Source: Candidatus Saccharimonadales bacterium (GTDB taxonomy: Bacteria; Patescibacteriota; Saccharimonadia; Saccharimonadales; EFPC-124). Taken from it: a DNA stretch of 64,000 nucleotides. The position numbers were made by a program, and so were the translations under genes. This document shows, one piece after another, positions 54,872 through 62,959 of the stretch; the stretch's first letter is position 1; each line of letters begins with the position of its first letter. The stretch covers positions 220,805 through 284,804 of the forward strand of contig JBOHNX010000002.1 of NCBI GenBank assembly GCA_050730875.1, read 5' to 3'. The notes below the pieces were generated by a model that ran no database searches, was not told where the DNA came from, and was given only the letters and a program-made list of their open reading frames with translations.

Positions 54872-55445
54872 GGCGGTTATTTTGGACTGTTTTGGCGTAC
54901 TCTACATTCCAGTTGGCGAAGATTTTTACCAATCGCACGTGCCAAATTACGAAAAAAAGCGAGACGAACTACGCGACTTGGGCCGGCAAGCCGACTATGG
55001 CTTAATCAGCCAAGAAGATTTGGTGCTGGCCGTGGCGCAGCTGACCGAAATGGATCCTAACGACGTCCGCGACAAACTGGTAGGTGGTTTGGTGCGTAAC
55101 CAAGCACTGCTAGACTTTTCGCAAAGCCTGCGACCCCAGTACAAAATAGGTATGTTGAGCAATATTAGCGCCAGCACAATGGACACATTTTTTACTCAGA
55201 AAGAGCGCGAGCAGTACTTCGATGACGTAGTAATTTCCAGCGAAGTCGGCATGACTAAACCGCATCCAGCAATATTCGAACTAGCCTGCCGACGACTCGG
55301 TGTCGACACCAGCGAAGCAGTAATGATAGACGACAGCTCAGCAAACTGCGCCGGCGCGCTCGAAGCCGGTATGCAAGCAATCGTATACGAATCCTTTGCG
55401 CAGACAACGTCTGCCCTCAAGAAGTTTCTAACAAATTCTAAGTAA
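54864..55445 (+). CDS. HAD-superfamily hydrolase (subfamily IA-like)
   Basis: 193 aa. Motif I ILDCFGVL (second Asp absent, as in dehalogenase-type members). SN, K and IDDS motifs follow. Confidence 0.65.
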   Translation: MIKAVILDCFGVLYIPVGEDFYQSHVPNYEKKRDELRDLGRQADYGLISQEDLVLAVAQLTEMDPNDVRDKLVGGLVRNQALLDFSQSLRPQYKIGMLSNISASTMDTFFTQKEREQYFDDVVISSEVGMTKPHPAIFELACRRLGVDTSEAVMIDDSSANCAGALEAGMQAIVYESFAQTTSALKKFLTNSK

Positions 55446-55505
55446 CCCAGGGTAATTGTAATTTATACAATTCACTTATCATTCCTAATACAAAGGGGGT
55501 CTAAA

Positions 55506-56124
55506 GTGCATATCAAAAATTCAATTTCGGTCTGGGTTAAAGAACATATAAAAATAGTCGGAGGAGTAACGGCTGGCCTAATTGTAGGTGGAGCAAGCAC
55601 GGCTGTAGCATTCGCTGCTATTCCTGACGCGGGTGAGTTATCCCGCTTGCTATAGCACGGGAGCTTTAGGTAAGGTCCATATCATTGATGACGCTGCCCA
55701 AACCTGCATGGCCAATGAGGTAGAACCAAGTCGGCCAGCCTGGCCCAACCGGGCTACAAGGGCCGGCTGGTCCCGCAGGGCCGAATAATCCCTTAAGGCC
55801 CAATGTGGCAGGAGCGGATTTTACTGACGCTCGCATGATCAGTTGGAATTTAAGTAATTTAAATTTTGCGGGGAGTAATTTTACTGGTACATACCTCAGC
55901 GGTTCTATTTTTGATGGGACAAATCAGCTATGTCTCAATCCAAAATAGCAACTGCCAGAATGCGGTTTTGACTTCAATGAACTGGAGCGACACTTCGTAA
56001 TCTAAGCCTGGCAGGTTCAACCTTTGCCGGGGCAACATTCCTGAACGTCACTTGGGACAATGTGAGGTGTCCCGACGGCACAAATAGCAATAACAACGGC
56101 AGTACCTGCGTCGGCCATTTATAA
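55506..56124 (+). pseudogene. Decayed gene for a secreted collagen-like (Gly-X-Y) + pentapeptide-repeat protein (at least 4 frame changes)
   Basis: GGGGG RBS + GTG 55506. Frame 0 gives the TM/signal segment ...GGVTAGLIVGGASTAVAFAAIPDAG. Frame +1 (from 55633) gives VSYPACYSTGALGKVHIIDDAAQTCMANEVEP. Frame +2 (from 55724) gives NQVGQPGPTGLQGPAGPAGP...ADFTDARMISWNLSNLNFAGSNFTGTYLSGSIFDGTN. Frame 0 (from 55944) gives NSNCQNAVLTSMNWSDTS. Frame +1 (from 55981) gives ATLRNLSLAGSTFAGATFLNVTWDNVRCPDGTNSNNNGSTCVGHL*. No ORF of 60 aa or more exists in this 690-bp gap. Confidence 0.65.
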
Positions 56125-56137
56125 ATATGGATAAAGG

Positions 56138-58084
56138 CTAATTCACGGGTGTATAGACTACCGTGAGATCAAGCCAGTCAAGTGAGCTTATGTTAGCAGA
56201 GAATATCTTCACATCGCCATTCGTATTGAGATCCATGTGAGCATTAAACGTCGCTGTTGATGAAGCATTGGTGGCGATTGGGAAGCGCAGTTGGTTTAGT
56301 GGTCGCGCCCAAGTTGGGAGACTGGCGATTATATCGCCGGACGTTGCCGAGTTTATGTCTACGTCTAACTGGAGTTCCACCTGACCAGTAGAGAGTCGTC
56401 TCAGGCGATGCAAAGAGTTTCCAGGAAGGCCGTCGGCTGCCGGAGCCTGTATGGTAAGGTTTGTCCAAGCTATTTCATTTGTGCCAATGCAGTCCTCCCA
56501 AGAGCTGCCCTGGTAACAGCGGAATTTGCCAGAGTTAGAGTTGTAGTACATGCTACCGTTAACGCCTGTTGGATCACCGGCTGTGTTTTTTGTGTCTAGC
56601 ACTAGCAGTGCACCGGTGCTATCGGCAGTCGGGTTACCAACGTAGGATCGGCTATTGGTTGTATCGATAACAAACTGTGGCACGCCAGAGTTATTTAATA
56701 CGCGGAAAGCTGTTGTGCCGTCACTTGCTTGGAAGGTGGCGGCGCCATTACCGTCTAGGACTAACGAGTTAATAAAGCCAGTGGTCATATAAATACCACC
56801 CCAACCTGCTATTTGGAATTGGTTGGTGTCTGTGATGTTTGCTTCGCCTGCGTACACCAGAGAATCCGTTCCGAAGTACAGCCTGCCGCCTGCGCCGTTG
56901 GTGCCAGTACCGGCGATTATCGTCTGACTGTTCGATGTGTCCACCGTCAACAGGGATGTACCTCCTGCATTGAGCACACGAAACGCCGATGTTGAGTTGC
57001 TCGAGTTCTGGAAAAATGCCTGCCCAGTTGTGTTCACTTGCGCCAGTAATGTTGAACCGTTAGCGATTTTAAGCGGCTGATCGGGAAAGATATTTCCAAT
57101 TGCCACGTAGTTGTCATTAATCTTCAGGCCATTGGTACCAACTGATTCAATGCGGAAGTAGTTATTGGTACTATCCCATTGCAGATAGCCATTTTCGCCA
57201 GCGGTGGTGCTATCGCCCAGGATAAGCCGGGGGTTGTTGCCATTGTTATAGATGGCTGCTTCACCATCGATTACTTCGAATTTCGAAAAACCGGCAATAC
57301 CGCCAATGCCAACGCGTCCGTTGGTGGTGTCGACATTAAATACTGAAGAGCCAGCTGCGTTGAGTACCCGCAGAGCAGTCACAGAGTCGGTAGAATTTTG
57401 AAGCGTCAGCGCACCGCCGTTAGTGAGCACCATGACGTCTGAACCATTCTTTTGCAGCTGCAGAATGTTACCGCTAGCGCCCGTCTTATTTAAAAAGAGT
57501 GTACTAAGCGTCGTGCCGTCAGTCTGTACGGCACTGGGGGCAACTTGCACGAATTTACTCCAGTCCAAGCCACCCAATTGCTTGGCGTTGAGCGCATAAG
57601 GTGTTGCGCCGAGTCGTCTAAATGGCGTCATCTCACCGTCCCAGGAAGGCGTGCCGCTCGTGCCACCGACGTTAATAGACAGCCACAGCGTGTCCTGGTT
57701 CCAGTCAACGCTGCTACCAAAAGCGGTCACTGAACCAAGCTGTGCTGAAAAGTAACCGTTAGTAACTGTCACGCGATCAGTGCTGATGCGAGTCTCGGTC
57801 CATTTAAGCGTGCCGCTGCACGGTGGGATGCCGGACGCCTCACAGCCGGTACCGTCCTGGTAGATCTTGAATTCTATATTGTACGTGCCATCTGGCACCA
57901 CGGCGCCGCTGTTGTCGAGCAATCGTGCTTGGTAGTTGAGCCGTTCGTTTATGCCTGTAGCAGCTCTTGCCGGCAGCGAGAAAGTAAGACTGAATGCCGC
58001 AGCTACGAAAGAAAAGGCGAAAATGAAAAGAACACAACGCCAAAGGCGTGCGAACGCAAACGGATAGGTGTTTCCCCAATACAC
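56138..58084 (-). CDS. Large secreted fibre/adhesin-like protein with three internal ~35-aa repeats
   Basis: 648 aa. GTG start. Signal/TM segment VLFIFAFSFVAAAFSLTFSLPARA. N-terminal LNYQARLLDNSGAVVPDGTYNIEFKIYQ. Repeats LQNSTDSVTALRVLNAAGSSVFNVDTTNG / FQNSSNSTSAFRVLNAGGTSLLTVDTSNS / FQASDGTTAFRVLNNSGVPQFVIDTTNS. Gly/Asn/Thr-rich throughout. Confidence 0.6.
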   Translation of the reverse strand: MYWGNTYPFAFARLWRCVLFIFAFSFVAAAFSLTFSLPARAATGINERLNYQARLLDNSGAVVPDGTYNIEFKIYQDGTGCEASGIPPCSGTLKWTETRISTDRVTVTNGYFSAQLGSVTAFGSSVDWNQDTLWLSINVGGTSGTPSWDGEMTPFRRLGATPYALNAKQLGGLDWSKFVQVAPSAVQTDGTTLSTLFLNKTGASGNILQLQKNGSDVMVLTNGGALTLQNSTDSVTALRVLNAAGSSVFNVDTTNGRVGIGGIAGFSKFEVIDGEAAIYNNGNNPRLILGDSTTAGENGYLQWDSTNNYFRIESVGTNGLKINDNYVAIGNIFPDQPLKIANGSTLLAQVNTTGQAFFQNSSNSTSAFRVLNAGGTSLLTVDTSNSQTIIAGTGTNGAGGRLYFGTDSLVYAGEANITDTNQFQIAGWGGIYMTTGFINSLVLDGNGAATFQASDGTTAFRVLNNSGVPQFVIDTTNSRSYVGNPTADSTGALLVLDTKNTAGDPTGVNGSMYYNSNSGKFRCYQGSSWEDCIGTNEIAWTNLTIQAPAADGLPGNSLHRLRRLSTGQVELQLDVDINSATSGDIIASLPTWARPLNQLRFPIATNASSTATFNAHMDLNTNGDVKIFSANISSLDWLDLTVVYTPVN

Positions 58085-58151
58085 TGTTTTTATATCTCCG
58101 CTGTTTTTATTTTCGTGACTTATGAAAGCTACTGTGCTTATAGTAAAAAGC

Positions 58152-59078
58152 TTAACTTAGTTTGTCAATATTTGAAGACTTGCGGTGCCTCGAGCGGCCC
58201 GACATGTAGCCCCCAATAAACACTGCGGCAACTAACAGCACTGCAATTGTGAGTGCGGCAGCATCAAAAAATGTTTTGCTGACTTCCTGGCCAAATAAGC
58301 GCACAACAGGGGAGTCAGTCGTACCATGCACAATAACGACGAACTGCAGATATGCTTGTTCGCCGGTGCTGTCTGTAACTTTGATGACCACTGTGTAAAC
58401 GCCTCCGCGGGTGTATGTGTATTCTGCGGGGAATTTATCGGTGTTTTGGCGTTGATAGGTGTTGCTCGAGCCGTCACCCCAATCGACAGTGACCGTGTAT
58501 GGGCCGGTACCGCCCATAAAATGAATAGGAATACGGAATGGCTGGTTTACAAAAACACCTTGCGTTGTGAAGTCATAGGCTATAGTAAGCTGGAAACGGG
58601 CAACTTCTTCTTGCCCTGGCTCGGCTGGTTCTTCACCTTCGGGGAGCTTTGGTTGCTGGGGGACGTAGAAAACCGTAATGGTTGTGGAATCGGGGCTTGG
58701 TTGATTCGCCATGTCGTATTGCCGGGCAATAAGGTCGTTCTTATTTATAAAAAGATCAACCTGTAACTGATATGTGCCGTCCGAGTCACAAACAGTTGAA
58801 CCCACAAAAATATTGTTGCTAAAGATTTTGACAATCAGGCCTGCAATGCAGGTGCCTTTAACGGTAATATTTTTTTGGGTAAAGGTAGCGCCATTGGCGG
58901 GTTCGCCTATAGTTGGCGCAGTCGACGGCGGCGCTGTTGGCACCGTGCCGCCGACGTTAATGTTGCCACTTTCTGTGTTATGAGAAGAGGCAAGGAGCGG
59001 TCCGCTTGAGCCATAAAGAGCAAGCAATAGTAGGCTCAGTCCCATAAAAAATCGTCCTAGGGCTCGACCTGCACGCAT
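58152..59078 (-). CDS. Membrane-anchored surface protein with Ig-like and PKD domains
   Basis: The start is taken at MRAGRALGRFFMGLSLLLLALYG (signal), since the longer ORF extension to 59348 overlaps the divergent gene. PKD signature GPYTVTVDWGDGSS...YTYTRGGVYTVVIKVTDSTGE. C-terminal TM plus basic tail (LTIAVLLVAAVFIGGYMSGRSRHRK). Confidence 0.65.
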   Translation of the reverse strand: MRAGRALGRFFMGLSLLLLALYGSSGPLLASSHNTESGNINVGGTVPTAPPSTAPTIGEPANGATFTQKNITVKGTCIAGLIVKIFSNNIFVGSTVCDSDGTYQLQVDLFINKNDLIARQYDMANQPSPDSTTITVFYVPQQPKLPEGEEPAEPGQEEVARFQLTIAYDFTTQGVFVNQPFRIPIHFMGGTGPYTVTVDWGDGSSNTYQRQNTDKFPAEYTYTRGGVYTVVIKVTDSTGEQAYLQFVVIVHGTTDSPVVRLFGQEVSKTFFDAAALTIAVLLVAAVFIGGYMSGRSRHRKSSNIDKLS

Positions 59079-59117
59079 ATTCAAGATTGTAGCATGAGCC
59101 CGCCCGGATACATTACA

Positions 59118-59855
59118 ATGAAAACTATGTGTGGGAGAGTAGTGCTCAAAATAACATTGCAAGTTGTGGTGCTTAGCCTGTTTTTGCCGGCAACGGCGTT
59201 GGCGATCGACTCTCCTAATTATCGGATTCAGGAAGATTTTATTGGCGGGAGTGGAAGGCCGCAATCTAGTTCGACCAATTACCAATCGCGGGATAGCGCG
59301 GGAGCTAACGCAGTAGGCGATGGGACAGGCACTAATTACCGCAGCCAATCAGGTGCAACGACAGCAGACGAGCCGAGATTAGAATTTGGTATTACCTCAT
59401 CCAGCGTTAATCTCGGATCGCTTTCGGCATCGTTGACGCGAACCGGAACTGCCACATTTAACGTGCTCAACTACACCAGCTATGGTTACATTGTGCAGGT
59501 TATTGGTCAGCCGCCCGATAATGGTGCACACACTTTGACGGGAATGAGCACAGCTGGTTCGTCGACAATCGGCACCGAGCAATTCGGTATTAATTTAGTA
59601 GCCAATACCGCTCCAGAATCTTTTGGTGCAAACCCCGCCCAGGTGCCAGACAGTACGTTTGGTTTTGGTGTTGCGGCATCGGGATACAATACTGCCAACA
59701 CGTATAAATATGTGTCCGGCAATACGATTGCATCGGCGCCAAAAAGTTCGGGCCAAACCGATTATACTATTTCGTATATTGCAAATATCTCGAATGATAC
59801 CCCGGGTGGAAGTTATTCTGGCACGCAAACACTCATATGTGTCGGCACATACTAA
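59118..59855 (+). CDS. Secreted beta-rich surface-subunit-like protein, paralog A (shares a C-terminal ~190-aa module with 59945..60991)
   Basis: Signal MKTMCGRVVLKITLQVVVLSLFLPATALA. Three short NY(R/Q) repeats. Shared blocks LEF..SSVNLGSL, GY.V.V.G, GTEQFGINL, YNTANTYKYVSGNTIAS, YIANISNDTPGGSY. Terminal aromatic residue. The start is uncertain (59094, 59118 or 59127). Confidence 0.55.
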   Translation: MKTMCGRVVLKITLQVVVLSLFLPATALAIDSPNYRIQEDFIGGSGRPQSSSTNYQSRDSAGANAVGDGTGTNYRSQSGATTADEPRLEFGITSSSVNLGSLSASLTRTGTATFNVLNYTSYGYIVQVIGQPPDNGAHTLTGMSTAGSSTIGTEQFGINLVANTAPESFGANPAQVPDSTFGFGVAASGYNTANTYKYVSGNTIASAPKSSGQTDYTISYIANISNDTPGGSYSGTQTLICVGTY

Positions 59856-59944
59856 CTTGTTAACGTAGTTGAGATTTTAAAAAGCTTATGGTAGTTTAGT
59901 ATATTAGGATAGGTAGGTTAGTAGAGGTCCTAAAACACAAAAAA

Positions 59945-60991
59945 ATGAAAAAAATGCGCACAACCAAAAGAATAGTAGTAAGTAGCCTACTAGTTTTGGT
60001 GGCGGCTACGCTACCTTTAGCATCGGCTTCAGCCGCACAATTAACGTCACGTTCGCTGACACTTGGGAGCTCGGCAGTGAGTACCTCAACCACTCACGAT
60101 TTTGACTTCACCATAGCAACGACAGGGAATGTTGGCTCGATTAAATTCGAATATTGTACAGCTGCGTCAGGTGCTTGTACGACGCCAACTGGGCTTACGA
60201 CGACTAGCGCAACGCTAGACGCGCAGTCTGGAACCGGTGCTACTGGCTTTACAATGGTTAACACCACGAACGGTGCACCGTATATTACGCGCGTCGCATC
60301 TAGTATTAGCTCGGGCACGGTGGCCAGCTATACGCTAGGAAGCATTACGAACCCATCGACCACGAACACCACGTTGTATGTCCGTGTGAGCACTTATGCA
60401 AGCACGGACACCACAGGCAGCGCGACAGATACTGGCACCGTGGCCGCAAGCACGGCTAATCAAATTGATGTTTCAGCTACTGTCGATGAAACGTTAACGT
60501 TCTGCACCGGTACATCCGGTATTACGACAACCAGCTGCGCCGGTGCCACTGGTTCATCTGTGAACCTGGGGACGCTGACGCCCTCGACAACAGGTTCTGG
60601 TACATCGCAGCTTGGCATTAGCACCAATGCCAACAGCGGTTACGCTATTACAGTGACTGGCAGTACGCTGACATCAGGCGCCAATACAATCGACGCACTT
60701 GCGACCCAGACCGCTTCAACGCAAGGCTCAGAACAGTTTGGATTTAATCTGCGCGATAACCTGACGCCAAATGTCGGTGTCGAACCGGACGGTGCGGGTA
60801 CGGCAACACCAACCGCGAACTATAACACTGCCGATTCTTACAGATTTGTGTCTGGCGATACGATTGCCAGCAAAGCGTCAGCCGATGACTTTCGTCGCTT
60901 CCATGCTGCCTATATTGCAAACATTGCCGGTAATACACCCGCTGGTACCTACACAACGAGCTTAACGTTTGTTGCTACGGCAACTTTCTAA
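59945..60991 (+). CDS. Secreted beta-rich surface-subunit-like protein, paralog B (extra N-terminal Thr/Ser-rich domain with Cys pairs)
   Basis: Signal MKKMRTTKRIVVSSLLVLVAATLPLASASA. Blocks LTF..GSSVNLGTL, GYAITVTG, GSEQFGFNL, YNTADSYRFVSGDTIAS, YIANIAGNTPAGTY. Ends ...LTFVATATF. Confidence 0.6.
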   Translation: MKKMRTTKRIVVSSLLVLVAATLPLASASAAQLTSRSLTLGSSAVSTSTTHDFDFTIATTGNVGSIKFEYCTAASGACTTPTGLTTTSATLDAQSGTGATGFTMVNTTNGAPYITRVASSISSGTVASYTLGSITNPSTTNTTLYVRVSTYASTDTTGSATDTGTVAASTANQIDVSATVDETLTFCTGTSGITTTSCAGATGSSVNLGTLTPSTTGSGTSQLGISTNANSGYAITVTGSTLTSGANTIDALATQTASTQGSEQFGFNLRDNLTPNVGVEPDGAGTATPTANYNTADSYRFVSGDTIASKASADDFRRFHAAYIANIAGNTPAGTYTTSLTFVATATF

Positions 60992-62010
60992 TGAAGAGTA
61001 TCGCACGACGTGTATCGTTATGGGGGGTTAGTGCGGTAGTAGTGCTAGGTGCGGTACTACCTGTGCTGGCAGTGAGGCAAGCAGCTGCACAGCAGAATGG
61101 GCAAGCGTTTTCGATATCGCCACCGCTTGTAGATCTTAAAGCTGATCCAGGCCAGACAGTTACGGCAAAAGTTAAACTTACGAACGTCTCCGCGGATGAA
61201 CTGTTAATTAAAACGCAGTTTAATGATTTTGGCGCCAAGAACGAGACTGGCGAACCAAACATTATATTCGACGATACACAATCAACTGATTATTCGCTGC
61301 GTCACTGGATAGCTAGCGCTGAACCTTTTAAATTAGCAAGCAAAGAGACAAAAACGTTAGAATTCCCAATTAATGTACCAAAAGACGCCGAACCGGGTGG
61401 GCACTACGCGGTTGTGCGCTTTACGGGCACTGCAGCTGCAGCCGAACAAAATGGCGTTGAGCTTTCGGCCAGCATTGGTTTACTTGTGCTGTTGCAGGTT
61501 TCTGGTGAGATAAAAGAGGAGGCTTCCTTACTAGATTTTTATACCGCCACGCCTAAAGAATTAAATAGGACGGGCTTCTTCGAAACCGCTCCTATATCTT
61601 TTGTGCAACGCGTTCAGAACAGCGGTAACGTACATATAAAGCCTACCGGAACAGTGGAAGTAATAAATATGTTTGGTCAAAAAGTCGCCACACTGCGCGT
61701 TAATGGCGATCCGTCCAATGCAAAAGATCAGCCGCGGAGTGTCCTGCCCGATAGCGTCAGGCGCTTTGACCAAACTTTATCTGACGCATGGATGTTCGGG
61801 CGCTACGAGGCAAAACTTAAGATGACGTATGGCCAAAGCGGCACACCGGTTGAGTCGACGATTACATTTTGGGTAGTTCCACACAAATTAGTAGCGATTG
61901 TGCTTGTTGTTGGTACGGGTCTGTTCTTCCTGCTGCGCACAGGAATCCGCCGCTATAATTCACACGTCGTTAGAAAAGCGCAAAAAGGTACATTTAGTAT
62001 TCGCAAATAG
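60991..62010 (+). CDS. DUF916/DUF3324-like (CscA-like) cell-surface protein with a C-terminal membrane anchor
   Basis: TAATG overlap with the upstream gene. Signal peptide. FSISPPLVDLKADPGQTVTAKVKLTNVS..., PGGHYAVVRF and GLLVLLQVSGE blocks. C-terminal TM LVAIVLVVGTGLFFLL plus a basic tail. The architecture matches the DUF916 proteins of WxL clusters (assigned from memory, not searched). Confidence 0.5.
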   Translation: MKSIARRVSLWGVSAVVVLGAVLPVLAVRQAAAQQNGQAFSISPPLVDLKADPGQTVTAKVKLTNVSADELLIKTQFNDFGAKNETGEPNIIFDDTQSTDYSLRHWIASAEPFKLASKETKTLEFPINVPKDAEPGGHYAVVRFTGTAAAAEQNGVELSASIGLLVLLQVSGEIKEEASLLDFYTATPKELNRTGFFETAPISFVQRVQNSGNVHIKPTGTVEVINMFGQKVATLRVNGDPSNAKDQPRSVLPDSVRRFDQTLSDAWMFGRYEAKLKMTYGQSGTPVESTITFWVVPHKLVAIVLVVGTGLFFLLRTGIRRYNSHVVRKAQKGTFSIRK

Positions 62011-62074
62011 TCTCTTTAGCGCTTGCAACGCATGGTGCTTCGGGCGTAGAATAACGCAAATTACTGAAGCGACC

Positions 62075-62959
62075 ATGAACACTCCAGAACAATCCCGCAA
62101 ATTTGGCCAAGGCTTCGTTTACCGGACACACGGCGAACATTTGTTCGACACGTATGGAGGTGAAGTAAAAGTTCGCGTTACGCATCCATCACTGCACGAA
62201 ATTAAAGATCCAACTCCCATCGCTATCGCTAACGGTTGGGCGACAAATAGCAAGCTAATGGAGAATGCTGCGGACGTTTTCGCACGCCAGGGGCGCTATG
62301 TTATCACATTCGATAACCCGCGCAGCAACGCACCGATAGACCCAATGCAGCGCAAAGTGATGACCTTGCGGGCCGTCGTCAATTACATAGCATCACCAAC
62401 CGATCGAATAGACGTAATAACACTTTCGGAGGGGATAATTCCAACCGTTTTATATGCCGAGGAGCTCCACAAAAGAGGTCTCCTTAGCAGTTTACGTAGC
62501 ATAACAGCCATAAACCCTGCGGGGGTTAGTGGTCGGGAACGTCCTCTACGATTGGCCGGTAAGATGGGGTATGAGATTCTTCGTACGCCACTCCACGATT
62601 CGGTAGTAAAAATGGCTCGGACGGCTGTTGCGAGCGCCGGATATACTACGTCGAATATATCGCTGAGTATTCGCGAGGTGCTCGGAATTGCGGGATCGGA
62701 TATGGCAGCCACTTTGTTGCACTTGCAAGACGCCGGTGTGGCAATTGGCGTTGGAACGTCTCGCAGTGATGTAGTTTGCCGACCCGAACAAGTAAAATCG
62801 CAATGTGCCGGTTTGGCACTTGTTCGAGAATTCGATGGCCCGCATTCAGGATTTATGCATAGCGATGAGCGAGCAGAGCGTACCTATGAGTTTCATCAGG
62901 AGGTAGTCGCTTTGGCTATAGGCGGGCTTGGTAAGGCGCGGCACGCTGGATTGCGCTAA
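62075..62959 (+). CDS. Alpha/beta-hydrolase-fold-like protein
   Basis: The ATG at 62075 is chosen because the longer ORF start lies inside the upstream gene. Nucleophile-elbow-like VITLSEGI and a late FDGPHSGFMH His region. Weak assignment. Confidence 0.4.
   Translation: MNTPEQSRKFGQGFVYRTHGEHLFDTYGGEVKVRVTHPSLHEIKDPTPIAIANGWATNSKLMENAADVFARQGRYVITFDNPRSNAPIDPMQRKVMTLRAVVNYIASPTDRIDVITLSEGIIPTVLYAEELHKRGLLSSLRSITAINPAGVSGRERPLRLAGKMGYEILRTPLHDSVVKMARTAVASAGYTTSNISLSIREVLGIAGSDMAATLLHLQDAGVAIGVGTSRSDVVCRPEQVKSQCAGLALVREFDGPHSGFMHSDERAERTYEFHQEVVALAIGGLGKARHAGLR

Noticed and set aside
55506-56124. Programmed ribosomal frameshifting or recoding as the explanation for the broken collagen/pentapeptide gene
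   Set aside because: At least four separate frame changes are needed, and no slippery heptamers or stimulatory structures were recognised. Decay or local sequence error is more parsimonious.
59079-59348. 90-codon N-terminal extension of the PKD-protein ORF
   Set aside because: It overlaps the divergent subunit gene. A proper signal peptide follows the internal Met at 59078.
61898-62074. 59-codon N-terminal extension of the alpha/beta-hydrolase-like ORF
   Set aside because: It lies inside the 3' end of the DUF916-like gene. It is Cys-rich, looks non-protein-like, and an internal ATG at 62075 is available.
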